From assembly GCF_963676685.1 (NCBI RefSeq), contig NC_092345.1:15562001-15626000 (forward strand): 64,000 nt of DNA, read 5' to 3'. Source of the DNA: Mytilus edulis (taxonomy: Eukaryota). Below the pieces are notes generated by a model. That model saw nothing but the letters and a program-made list of their open reading frames with translations, was not told where the DNA came from and searched no databases. Shown piece after piece: positions 23,618 to 36,318 of this stretch (positions are counted from its first letter, which is position 1; every line of letters begins with the position of its first letter). Position numbers and translations under genes: made by a program.

Positions 23618-23770
23618 TAGCGCGTCGGGCATAGTGCAAGGCGATTTGGTACCACGATATGTCAGTTACATGAGTTCTAATCTCGGCGAGGGAAGAACAA
23701 ACACATTTGCTAACGCAAATTTACAGATCTAACAGTGTTGGGCTGATATTTAGCCGAGTTATATATATAT
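23618..23770 (+). mobile_element. tRNA-derived SINE
   Basis: A-box-like TGGTCGAGTGG, B-box-like GAGTTCTAATC, (AT)n tail. A related copy lies at 57495-57612. Confidence 0.65.
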
Positions 23771-25756
23771 TACTGTATAAACATTAGGAGATGTGATATG
23801 ATTTCTATTGAGACACAATCCGACAGTGTTTAGTTGACGTATAGGCGTAAGCGAATCCATATTATATAGTTCATATAAAAGAAAGGATACGAGGTATCCA
23901 TCCATAACACAAAACCAGTACATGCACAGCAAAAACACAAAAAGGAAAAAGAACAGCACTTGTGTTGCATTCCAAGGTCACAGTGAGGCCTTTAACTTTA
24001 ACAACATTTCTCATCTCAGTGAAAGTTTAAGGCCATCTCTAGCACCGGATTGAGTTGAATTATTCGCAAAATCATTATTTAAGTAAACAATTATGTTTTG
24101 ATAACGCTTCATTGAAAGGCGATACTATATTTCGTTCATAAAAAAAATTACCTCTTGCAATGTTCATGCCTTTCATTACTTTGATTAAATCTTCTTTTTG
24201 GACAAGCTTTTACTTTTTGACGACGAAAATGTTATTGTTCATTTTCTTCAAGTTACCCTAAAAAAACAAAGGTTCGTTACAATATTTGTTTTAATGAAAA
24301 TCAACTACCACTATTTTTTTTATTTTTTTGGCAGAATGATGTCTGCTAGACGAGCACATAAAGAATACAATTTGAACTTAATGATAAACTTTGCACGTGT
24401 GATAGCTTTTTCAACAAAAAACATAATTGTCCTAATAACTGAGCTAATTGAACTATTTATTTAAGACATTTCTGTTTTTTAAGTCTCCCGTATTTGTTCT
24501 TATGCAAATGGCCACTTCTAATCGGCTATAATACAATCAATTAAATACTTTTTCTGCTCTGTAAAAATCGAGAGTGAAATAATGTTTTGTTTTCTGTGAA
24601 AGAACATAATTTGTCAAGTCGACATGTTCAAGTGGATTGTCTTAAAGGATCAATTTAAATAGTGAAGCTAGAGAGCCGTTATAAAAACATATGGAAATGA
24701 CAAAAGAGATATCTCACGCCAAAACAGTCCTCGCGTGATTTTACGAGAGGCGGGTTTCCCTTGTGTATTGGCTTGTCAGAGTAATGAGATGTAAGAAATT
24801 GTAAAAATCAAAAGAAATAAATCGTCGTACAATGATTTACAGTTTGGTTCATCTAGAGGCTTCATGTTATTTGGAATCAATCTTTAATATGTTTTTACTT
24901 CTTGATGTAATTACTGAAAATAATATGCAATAATAACGTGCAATGCTAGAATTATGTATTATCTAATATGAAAATGCTTCTTTGATATTTTCACTGCATA
25001 CATTTCCAATAAATCTGTGCACATTGAAACGTTAACTTTGTCAATCATGTTTAATAACAAAAGGCTTTATATCGCAGATATAATAATAGATTATTACGCC
25101 AATTCGTCCCTTTGTTTGCAATGTAAGATGTTTGGCGTACATTTCCACTTTTGCAGTGCAGTTTGACTTAAACTGTTTTTATGCCAGCTAATAAAATTCG
25201 TGAATGGTGACATTGAAAATATCATAATTACCAAAGGGTTGACACATCTGCTGACAATCAGTTGCCTCTCAACTGTAATACCTGTCTATAGTAGCTCGGT
25301 ACGTTAGTCCGGCTAGTATGGAAATACGCATATCAGAGAATACAACGAACATGTAACACATTACTAGTATACATTTGGTAAATTACAAATGATCCCCCTT
25401 ATACGGATAGTTCATGCAAAGATCTCATAACTGGCTAGTTTTATTTTTCCTTGGTTGTAAGTTCGGACCGAGGTGTGTTTGATATTGATCTTAAGGGATT
25501 GCCATTTTCCCTGATCAAGGTTGAACTTGGCGGTTGTCTCCGATTGCCATTTTCCCTGCTCAAGGTTCAACTTGGAGGTTCTTTCCGAGTACTCAGGCTT
25601 CCTCCGCAAATAAAAAAAACATTGAAACACTATAGCAACCAAACAAACAAAAAAATCTCTTCTGATATTTCCACGTCTCGTTTTTTTCGTATGCCAATGC
25701 GTAGGCCATTCACTCTTCACTGACTGAAGTTTATTTGTTGGAATGGATATACTCTC

Positions 25757-25832
25757 ACGGGGAGGGTTGAACGCTCACAAACATGTTTAACCCCGCCACA
25801 TTCATAATGTGCCTGTCCCAAGTCAGGAGCCT
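25757..25832 (+). ncRNA. Twister-like ribozyme copy (core intact, P5 5' strand missing) heading a retroelement tail running to ~26090
   Basis: cggg-GA-GGG-t-tgaacgctca-ca-aacatgtt-TAA-CCCC-GC-cacat/atgtg-cctg-TCCC-AAGT-cagg. Confidence 0.75.
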
Positions 25833-26564
25833 GTAGTTCAGGGGTTAACGTCGGTTCATATCTGTCATATTTGTTTTTCGTTCGTTAACTGTTATAAATT
25901 AGGCCGTTAGTTTTCTCTATTGAATTGATTCATATTTTTTCATGTTGGAGCCTTTTATAACCAACCACACGGTATGGACTTTTCTCATTGTTGAAGGTCG
26001 TACGGTTGCGTATAATTGCTAACATCCACTTCATTTGAACTTTGGTGGATAGCTGTATCATTGGCAACCATACCACACCTCCTTAATTATATATGAGGCA
26101 TTTGTATCATGTACTAACTTTATTTAGCATTTAGTCCATCATTTAATGAATTTTGAAAAAGAGTTTTATAATTATTTAGAAAAATATACGCAAGAGTAGT
26201 ACCTTCATTTACAGCTGAGTATAGAAGCCTCTTGAACAAGGTTAGGTTTTAAGGACTCACAACAGACGAACACAACAGGTTTTGGAGTTTGTTGATTCTT
26301 GTCTTTGGGTTGTTTTGTGGTCTTGGAGTTTTCCTGTTTTTGGATGAGCGTAACTGTCATAAATTCATATCTTGGACGTTATTGATGAAACTTTCACAAT
26401 GTTCCTCTAATTTTAAATGACTTAGTGTAACCATCGGAAAAAACATTTTTTAAACTTTTGACATTGCTGGTATTAAATGCAGCATATTATATTACTATTT
26501 TTACTATTCAGAAAAATCAACCATGCTAAGGAAGTTTATCATAACGTATGTAATTATGTAACTG

Positions 26565-27357
26565 CACTAGTAACCCGAATTTAACTTGATCGGACAAAAA
26601 CGTGTTAACGCTATTTAAATGAGATTGATCGTTATTTGATAAAGATTGACAAAAATTAAATATTATATTTAATTCATTTCAATTCATATCAATTCATTTT
26701 AACGCCAGTCAAATAGATTTCTCTGCGGTGAATCAATTGAAATCAAGTTGCTGGTTAGTTGCGTTAAACTAATAGGCCACGCCCCCGTTAAACTGTTTCA
26801 AACATGCATTAATTCGTTTTAAACATGGATAGGACCCGGGATTTTTACAGGTAAATCACCCAAGCAAAACGACCTCGATGTATATATCGTTTTTTTGTTT
26901 CAAACTTTAAATGCGTATAGTCTTAGTAAAGTCAGATGCTCCACAATTTAAACAAACGAACGTATAATACACGGGACATGTACCTATATAAGGCCTTTAA
27001 ATAAAAACATTAAAATATATATGCACGCGCGGTTTAAAAATGCAAAACTTTTGAATCTGTTGAAAATAAAATAGTTAGATATATAACATGATTCTAATTT
27101 GCTCAAGTGCACTAGATCTTTATCGCATATACACATGCGTTTCAAAAATTGCCAAGTTCTATGAAAACTCGTGGCATGTAAGTTACGTGTGGTCCTTTGC
27201 AACTATTTACGAAACTTTATGTATTCCTGTATATTTACCGTTTCTCTTTTTTCTGTTTTACTATATTGTACTCGTAAATCAAATGTAGACACGGAAAACT
27301 ACACAGAAATTATTTATTGTGTACATAATTTAAATCGATGTATCTTATATTTCCGGT
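26565..27357 (+). repeat. Left arm of an ~800-bp inverted repeat starting CACTAGTAACCCGAATTT
   Basis: Near-identical reverse complement of 40790-41656. The same spurious 72-aa ORF appears at 26984-27202(-) and 41018-41236(+). Confidence 0.95.
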
Positions 27358-28298
27358 AAGCAACAAATATTCATTATCTTGCTGTATATTGATATATGGA
27401 AAAGCTTGTAATGAAAAACAAGGTTTTGTTGAATAATAAAATTGACGAAGATAATGTTGACGTATGTTGAATATGATAAACAGAAAGTCATGCTCAAAAT
27501 TCTAAATGAAGTAGCAGCCCACTGAACTTTTAAAACTGTGTTAAATTGTAATACCGGTCACTGGCCAAATCGAGCCTTAATTGTGGAAGAGAAGCAAATA
27601 TCAAACAAAAATTGGTCTTACGATTCTGTAAAAGATTATTGTGTTGTCATACACCCTGACGTACTTGTAATACATGAACATGTATTCTGTATATATGAAA
27701 TAAATTTTAGTCTGCGATAACGATGGGTGAGTTGATTAAAGTTTAACGACCTTGACTGGCTATTTGTCGGCATAGTCTAAAGTTTTTTAATATTTTAAAA
27801 GAAAACATATATTTACGTTTTGGACATTTCATATAAGTCTACTTACAAAATCGAAATGAACAAAAACATTGTTGAAAAAAATGGAAAAGAAACATTCTGC
27901 ATTGTTGCTTTCATATAATTTTATTTCATATTTGAGCGGAAATTTTTAACTTAAAACTGATTGTAGTTAAGATAAAATATTTCATCTAGGTGCTCTCGTT
28001 GAAGTTCTCGTTACATATTAAAATTAAAATGAGTTTCATTGGTCGGAACGTTTGCAAACTTTCAATCCAGGTGTTCTCATCGAGGTCCGCGTTCATGTTT
28101 CAATTCAATACACAATATGAAGTCCAGTTCGGCTAACAGAAATCAAATTAAGACTCTACGATGTCCGATTAAACAAACAGATTTTTTAGAAAAATTACAC
28201 ATTAACGACAAAAATGTCTATCTTTTTCTCCAATGAAAATCATTACTATTTATATTAGAACAAGTCAAAAGTTGCCGGAGCTTGATTTATAATTCAAA

Positions 28299-28423
28299 CG
28301 AAACTCTAATAAATAATTATCCGGTTTGTATTTTTCAAAATAACTATTATATATGATTTATGGTGCATACAAAACTCTAATAAATAATTATCCGGTTTGT
28401 ATTTTTCAAAATAACTATTATAT
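28299..28423. repeat. Tandem duplication (71-bp period)
   Basis: aaactctaataaataattatccggtttgtatttttcaaaataactattatat occurs twice. Confidence 0.85.
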
Positions 28424-31400
28424 CCGATAACAATCGAAAAATAGATTATCGGTTAAAACTACCGATTTTTCTATGAGACAAAAATTATCCTTATTTGAGT
28501 CAACTTTGTAATATAGATTCATAAAGGAAAAACCATATCCTCAGTTTTTATGCAGCACTAGTAAGCATAGTTCGTCTGTTCTCGCTTCAAACCAAGCCAT
28601 CATAAATACACCAGAGATTACTAAAATGAAAGTCTTTTCGCTCATAGAGATTTTTTGGTAGGTATTAAGCTTCAATTTGACCATTCACTTCCGTAAATTT
28701 TCGATTTTTTTCAGAATTACGAAATATATGTTATAATCCTTGACCTACCCGAAGCTTATACTTCGTTCATTCGATTGTAAGAAATTATTTTTTTTAATAA
28801 ACCGGTCTTTTACTGCAAAAAAAAACCAACAAAAGATAAAAGCGATTTTTGTTTGAAGTAACGAAGGTCATTCTTAAAAAAAAGAAAGTTTTCGTGTTTA
28901 GGTCTTCCTGATGCAAACGTAAAAGTTGAAATGAAAATTACACTCCGAGATTACACTAAAGACATTTCGCTAGCACACATGGGACTAGATTTATTTATCG
29001 TTCATTTGCAAGTCAAAAATAATAATAATGCAAAACAAATGATAAAACTTCCAAATTTAAAATTGAGAAAAAATCCGACAGGAAACCAAAGTACAAAGGT
29101 ACGGCATTTATATAAAAACAATCTCTATATATATCCAACTTCAAAATGTGAGGTAAATCGATTAGCTTACGCTAGCCAAGCAACCAACAGACAAAATAAA
29201 TCTTGCGTCCCCGATCAAGACTACCTATAGACACGGAATAAAAGATAAGGAAATAATGGCATGTAAGATTGGTTACAAACACATTTATGCAAACATGAAG
29301 CAGCTGTTTCTTTACTGAACTGGTCAGTGGTAATACAAAACCAGGGTTTCAAAAAGATGAAGAAAAAGTCCCATGTTTGAAATTTTAAAACAAAGTTGAA
29401 ACAAAGGCTTGTCTTCATATCAAATTGTTTTCACGGCGAATGTCTTGCAAGAAGCAAACTCCCATTACTCCGGTGTCGCCCCTACATGTTCATAATTTTG
29501 CGTGATCTATGCATGTTTCTGAATTACTTGTCTTTTGTTCATTTACTTTTCTACTAAATGGCTATAGTCTAAGTGTTAATTATATTAATTTTCATTTGTA
29601 AATGTCTGGTTTCGCAATGATGCATGTCCACCAATTAATATCCAGACATTGTGCGAAAAAATATAGTTTAGAAGATATCAAAGTCAGAGCTTAACAAAAA
29701 TACAAATTATCAATGGTCAGCGTTTTTATTCCTGTTCATCTTTATTGTCGCTAGAGGGTATTCAACAATGAAAGAATCACTTGTTTACCAGAACAATTAA
29801 CAAAACGACACTTGCAAGAAAGGATCTGAGAGTACTTAAGTTTCTGACAGCTAGTTCACACTGTTACGTTTGAAGTCTTCCTGTCCGTCATCCCGCAATC
29901 GCTATTTAGAAGACCATAAGTGAATGAATAATTTGATTTTCTGTTTCAGGACCTACGTATATATAAAATACTTGCCACTGAACATTGAACCAAGTAAAAT
30001 CAATACACATCGTTTCATATATAAAAATCAATCTACAGATGAGTAAGCATTTCTTTGTTGGTTAGACTCCCTTTTGTGGGAGTTGAACACTGTGCGGGAC
30101 AAATTTCTTCTCATGGGAAGATATATTTTTTTCCCATGGGAATATTAGTTTTTTCTTTTATTTTGTTTCAGAATTTGTAAAAGTGCTATGATATATCGAA
30201 ATGGACTGACAATCACTAGTAACCAATAACTGAAACAATTTAACAGACATTTCAACACATTAAAAGTATTTCTATCATACTTTTACACTCAAAAGTCTTT
30301 TTATATCGTTAAATGATTGATAGAAATTCTACACGAATCAGCGGCTGATTTTGTAATTTGAATCTTTCACCTTTGTCTTCGGTCAATATCCTCGTGCATT
30401 TCATGTAATAGTGTTCGCTGAACTGTCAAGTATCAGAAACATGTCTTTTGAATTTCAAAATTTAATTTAAGAATCAAAATTATAATTCTGTTTTAATCTA
30501 TATACATGGGGAATGACGAATCGTGTTTTAGATTGTTTTCTAATTATTACCTTATAATTTCGTGAATTTACATCATAATTATTATGAATGTACTTATTCT
30601 TTTTCGTCTACGTAACGCGATATGCGTTTTTCGCCACTAGAAATATGTGCACTTACATTTTTTGTTCAAATTTCCTAATCATGCTTATGCAATGTTGTAA
30701 CTCGTCTACACAAAAATCTATAATTTCAATTCATTTTTGGCAAACACCTTTGGAAGTCTTTTCTAGATCTTTTATAACCTCTCAGGTAATTATAAAAGAA
30801 AATCCAGAGTTTTGCATTTACAAGGACGTGTACGGATGAGGATCCGATTAGATATAATCTTTGTGATATATTCACTTGTACTTTACTCGTAGGCTGTCTA
30901 GGTGTACTGTAATTTATGGTTTTAAAGGAATACGAATACTTTATTTTTCATAAAACTTCAATTACTAGTTATCAAGAACATACATACACATAACTTTGAG
31001 GTAAAATTATTACATGCATGTGTAAACGATACAGTTAGATTAACTTGGAGGACTGACTTTCACATTTATAACTTTTGCATAGTTTTTCTAATATTACAAT
31101 ATTTGATGAGTTTAACTGTTTATCAGCTTTAAAGATATAAAGGTTTGACTAATAGTAGTTCCTTAAACATTTCCTTCTTTTCCTATAGTTTAAATGTTCT
31201 ACAATTTATAATGTAATGGTACTCGTCATCAATTTTGTTTGTGTCACAGAGACGACATATTCTGTCTTATCTGTGTAAATTCTGAGTCCTTTTAGACTCA
31301 ATCGTCAACTACCACATCTATATCTGTGTAATATATGAATTTAGAAAGGTAAAAAGGAAAAATAGTTTTTCAAATTGGTAATTCTTTTTGAAAATACGAT

Positions 31401-32774
31401 AACATTATGTTTTATGCGATTTTGCAATAAAAGCAAAGAATATTTCTTGAAACTGGTCTTTTGGGTTTTGTTTAATACGTTTTGACAACCATTTATCACA
31501 AACTGTTCACAAGGACGGATAAATATTATACGTCCTTTCTGTGCATTATAATTCGAAATAGTTGTAATTTCCAATATTTTAAAATTTGTATTTTTTTCCT
31601 CACTAGATAGGTGAAAGTATGTAAAAAATTTATTGCGAAAATGCATTACGAGCATTAATCTATACCTTTAAGTTAGAATTAAGAGTCTCAACTTTTTTCA
31701 AAACCCATGTATTATTTATGTTTATGTTAAAGGCGTTTGATTGGATAATAGTTAAAGGTAGGCGTGGTTTTTTGTAACTTTCCTCCAATCAACTGGCCTA
31801 TTCGACAAACCTGTGTGCGCTGATGCGTGTAAACTGGGTATTGTAACGGTACGTGTCTTATATCAGAATCTATCGTGCGTGACCAATGTTTATTGTATAA
31901 TTTCTTGTCATGTTGTCAAATTATCTGAAATACAAGTTCTAAAGGTTACATCTTTTTTAAAGATTATTTTCGGCAGTGCCCCCGATATACGATGTAAAGT
32001 GTTTAAGGCCGTGCTCACACCAAACGCCGTGTTAAGTAAACATGTTTGCAATTAGGTTAATGTAATGGACACTGGTTTCACATTAAATTTGTTCACATCT
32101 ATAGGGCGTATTGCATTTCCGCTAATTTTTCAAAGTATCAATACTACGTTTTTGCAAATTTTAAGTATACGTTTCCGTAATTTGTATTTATTACTTTTCC
32201 GGAAATTTATCTGGTAAATTATATATATTTAAATATAATTATATTAGATAAATATTTCATTTTATTTTTTTTAATAATGAAAAGGTTCTGATCTTATTTC
32301 TTCAATATATTAAATATAACTAGTTGACTCTGGATTTTGGTAAATGGCCAACACGTTTCTTTGTACGACGTTTTCATCCATTTTAATGAAATTGTTGACT
32401 TTTACTTGCATGTTTTGATGAGCTTTAACTTAAAAAATATTGTTTTTTTTTATTATGGCTTGCTTCCGATCAACAGTTATTCCTTAATCATTTGCGGAAA
32501 AGTAATAATTATTTTTTTGCGGAATAGTTATTTTTTTCTTGGAAAAGTAAGATATTTATTTGCGGAAACGTAAACTTTTTTTTCCGGAAACATCTTTTCT
32601 TTTTCCCTGAAAAGTAATGCCAATTTGCGGAAACGTAAAACGCTGCATCTATACACCTTGTTTAATTAACTGTAAATAAGATTTGTTCATACTTGTAAAC
32701 TATGTGTCATTTAAATGTTCATTACGTAGAACTGAATTCAAAGTTGTCGGACAATTTTTCTAGTATAGTATTAA

Positions 32775-33011
32775 GGGAACGACCATTTGACTTCAAAAGG
32801 GGGATGGAAATATTCCGACCCCGAATTTGATAAAAAAAATCTGGTTATACAGATGATAAAAAAATATACTGAATCAATAGTTTCCCCATACATTATAAAG
32901 TTAAATATTGAAAAAAAGTATTTGATCACCAGCATCGGAAAACAAAACGGAATGAAAACGTAGGCGCGAAAATAACTCCCTCCCTTTTTTTTAAGTTAAG
33001 TGGTTGCTACC
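32775..33011. mobile_element. Kolobok-type MITE (degenerate)
   Basis: TTAA-GGGAACGACCATTTGACTT ... AAGTTAAGTGGTTGCTACC-TAA. Confidence 0.5.
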
Positions 33012-34014
33012 TAATGAAAGCCATTTTTGTAATATGCAGTAGTTTGAACATACTAGAGATGTCTCGATTACGCATTAGAAAACGTTAACTGCTGGAGCGT
33101 GCTTACAGCCAAAAAAAGGATTGAGATATTAAGCATCACTACATTTTTTATCTTTTCTGTTTGTTTCAAATGGTATCTTTTCTCCAATATAGGAGTATTT
33201 GGTAAAGAAATAGGGTGACGTTTTTTTTTAAATTTTAAGTGTTATTTAACGGATCTGAGATACTAGACAAACATATCATTTACCTCACACTTTTTTTACT
33301 CATGCTTTAATGCGTGACTCTGTTTGAGTAAAGACCAGTGGCGAATATTTCTGTGTACGTCAAGTCGATTCGGGAAGACCCTTTCAAATGAATTAGGCAG
33401 CAGCTATTTATTTCATTTTTATTTCTTGGAATGGGGTGGGGATGCGTGGGCTTTAGATTTTTTTAGGACAAATTTTGGTGACAAGTCGAAATCAATTTTA
33501 GCATTATATAAAGTGGCAGCTGTTTTCAGGGCCAAAAACTGGAAATATTTTTTTTATTCAAAACAAAATTCATAGCCCCCCCCCCCCCCCCCCTGCCTAA
33601 GGATTAAAGGTTTTCTTTTTATATTATAATTAGTTTGGATTTTAATTCGTCTTAAAGATTTAATTTTTACTGCCGGTTTCTTAATTACGGTTTCAGTTGT
33701 TATAATTCACACACAAATTAATTGGATTATTTTGAAATCTGCTGCATGGTTTATTCCATTGACAATCATATTCAAGAAAAGTTGTAAATCTTGAATATTC
33801 TGTATTATTCCATATTGGTATTATTTTAGTAGGTTTCTCTATGCGAATTGGATTTTGAATAAAAAAGCATATTCACCTGAGAAAGTGTTATTCACCGCGC
33901 TTAACGTCACATGCTTTTACCTGCAACGTTACGTTAAAACGTTTCATGTAAACTTTGTTTTGGTATAATATGTTTGTCATTAAATCATTTTCTTTTCTCG
34001 GAATATGGAATAAA

Positions 34015-34161
34015 ACAATTACTGTCTTTTGTTTCGGTAAATATGAGGTTTAATTGACTTTTGAAAAACTGATATTCACTTCGGCCGTCGGCCTCAGTGA
34101 ATATCAGTTTTTCAAAAGTCAATAAAACCGCATATTTACCTCATCAAAAGACAGTAATTGT
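34015..34161. repeat. Long terminal hairpin (~66-bp stem) of a non-autonomous element, possibly Crypton-like
   Basis: acaattactgtctttt..ctgatattcact / agtgaatatcag..aaaagacagtaattgt with loop tcggccgtcggcctc. A second IR: ttattccatatt (~33805) / aatatggaataa (34002). Confidence 0.8.
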
Positions 34162-34944
34162 ATAATATCTTTATGAAGCGTGATTGAGACGTAGATTCAA
34201 ACATATACCAATTATTGTTATCTTTTCTTCATTTACACAAATGAATGTCGGGGATTCGGAATACGGCAGTTATACATGTATTGTCAGTTTATATTTAGTT
34301 TGAAGCATTATCGAACTAATACGATTTTCATCTTTAAATTTCACTTTGCATGCACTAAATATCTAATCCATATGTTTTAAACAATATGATATGTTTTAAC
34401 TAAATATCTAATCCATTTGTTTTAAACAATATGATATGTTTTAACTACAAAATATCTAAATGAGATTATATAGGAATAACTTGTGGTGTATTCATGTATA
34501 CTAGTATGTAATAATAATAAAAAGAAACCAACAGCACTATTTGACGAAGACGAAATAAAGGATTGAATTTTAACGTCCAGTGACATATATTACAATGATG
34601 TCGAAACAGAACTTGAAATTGACAAAAGGTTTTCATAGAACCGTCGCTTTTCCAAAGAATTCACGCTTAGTTGCGATGTCACAACTTCGGGTTCGGGATC
34701 ATACGTCTACATTTTAAGGGATTAACAAAGAGGACAATCGAAGAATATGACGTGTTTACTCGAAAAAAAAACCCACACACAACTTAATTTATTGAAATCA
34801 ATAAAAAAGCAAATATGTGATATGATTGCCAAAAATAATGAGACATTTACAATTAACAATCATAGGTCATCGTATGGCCTTCAACAATGAGCAAAGTTCA
34901 TACGGTATAGTCATATGAAAGGCCCTGAAATGACAAATGTAAAG

Positions 34945-35638
34945 GTTCCTGGTTCGATTCCCGTTAGGGATGAAAATTTCAGGAACTCAATTTTCGGCTC
35001 TCCCTCGACACCATTTGCGAGTATAGTCTTGGGGAAACGATGACAGTCCGACGGAAGGGGACGATAAATGGCTGACCCGTGTTAAGGATGTACTTAGGTG
35101 AGGTTTTGGAATTTGTGTCAAATGTTCGGACTCCTTGGTGTTTTTCCATACAATACAATGTAAAATATATTGCCCCATACGCCCATTTATTTTTTCACAT
35201 AAGACTTAATTCCTTATGAAAGGTCATTTACCAAATTTTTAGAAGATTTTTTATTTTCTTTCTTTTGTTTTGAGGCCTGCAAATATAAGGTAAAAGTCCG
35301 AGTCAGCCTTTTCCAGCCATATTTCAAATCTCAAATATCTCGAAAAGGAGGTCCATGACCTATCAATATTTTTAGCTTATGTTTATCCTTAATTGATGCT
35401 CTACCAACTGATAGTATCAATTTTAAGTTCTTAATTTATTAATTTTCAGCTAACCTCACCTAAGTACATCCTTAAGAGAGAGCCATATCTCTTGCACGTT
35501 AAAGACACCCTTGTAGATTTCGAAAAAGAGTAGGCTAATGCCGCTACAAGGCAGCTCTCGAACCCGCCAAGTGGAAAAGGATCAATATAAGTTGCAAAAC
35601 TTGTTTCCCAATCCACTATAAATAAATATGTTTAAACT
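34945..35638 (+). mobile_element. 5'-truncated tRNA-derived SINE (Meta-domain-like) with 10-bp TSD
   Basis: B box GGTTCGATTCC at 34951; central tgcacgttaaagacaccc; TSD aaatgtaaag at 34935-34944 and 35639-35648. Confidence 0.8.
35086..35471. mobile_element. Kolobok-type MITE (386 bp) inserted in the SINE
   Basis: Perfect TIR GGATGTACTTAGGTGAGGTT / AACCTCACCTAAGTACATCC with TTAA on both sides. Confidence 0.85.
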
Positions 35639-36111
35639 AAATGTAAAGCAGTTCGAATGAGAAAACTTATATACTTTTAGAACACCTAAACATATATCTC
35701 CATTTTTCAGAAGACATGATAACCCATATGTGTGTTCATCCTAAATTACAGCTCTGTTTGTCTCTTGATTGACAATGGTTCTTTTTATCTCAAACTATAT
35801 AATTTCTAACCTTAGAGACTTTAGTTGGTTTTTTTATAAGAAATGAGTATGAACTTTAACTCTTTAAATTATTATTAAAGGGGGATAATCACTGGAAAAA
35901 AATCTTATTCGCGGTAGAGCATTTAGCTGTTAAATAGCGCAAATGAAGTTTTTATGTTTGGCGCAAATGAAATATAACCTTGTGCCGCAAATGAAAGATT
36001 GGATTTTTTAGACCCTTCTACAACGAAATTTGTTTGACATGGACACGTATAAAAATTGCGGTTTTTATCCAACGCAATCATAGGCTTGAAAGTAGTTTTC
36101 AATTTAGACTC

Positions 36112-36147
<36 letters not shown>

Positions 36148-36222
36148 CAGTGATAATGAATGCCATACTAATTTCCAAATTATACACAAGAAACCAAAAT
36201 TAAATAATACAAGACTAACAAA

Positions 36223-36318
36223 GGCTAGAGGCTCCTGACTTGGGACAGGCGCATAAATGCGACGGGGTTAAACATGTTTCTGAGATCTCACCCCCCCCCC
36301 CCCCCTATACCTCTAGCC
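36223..36318 (-). ncRNA. Twister-like ribozyme copy with a 9-bp P5
   Basis: Minus strand: ggctagagg-tata-(G)15-tgagatctca-g-aaacatgtt-TAA-CCCC-GT-cgcat/atgcg-cctg-TCCC-AAGT-cagg-ag-cctctagcc. The GA-GGG segment is obscured by a G run. Confidence 0.7.

Noticed and set aside
26984-27202. Duplicated 72-aa ORF (also 41018-41236) as a gene pair
   Set aside because: It lies in the inverted-repeat arms, starts at a non-ATG codon and has no recognisable domain.
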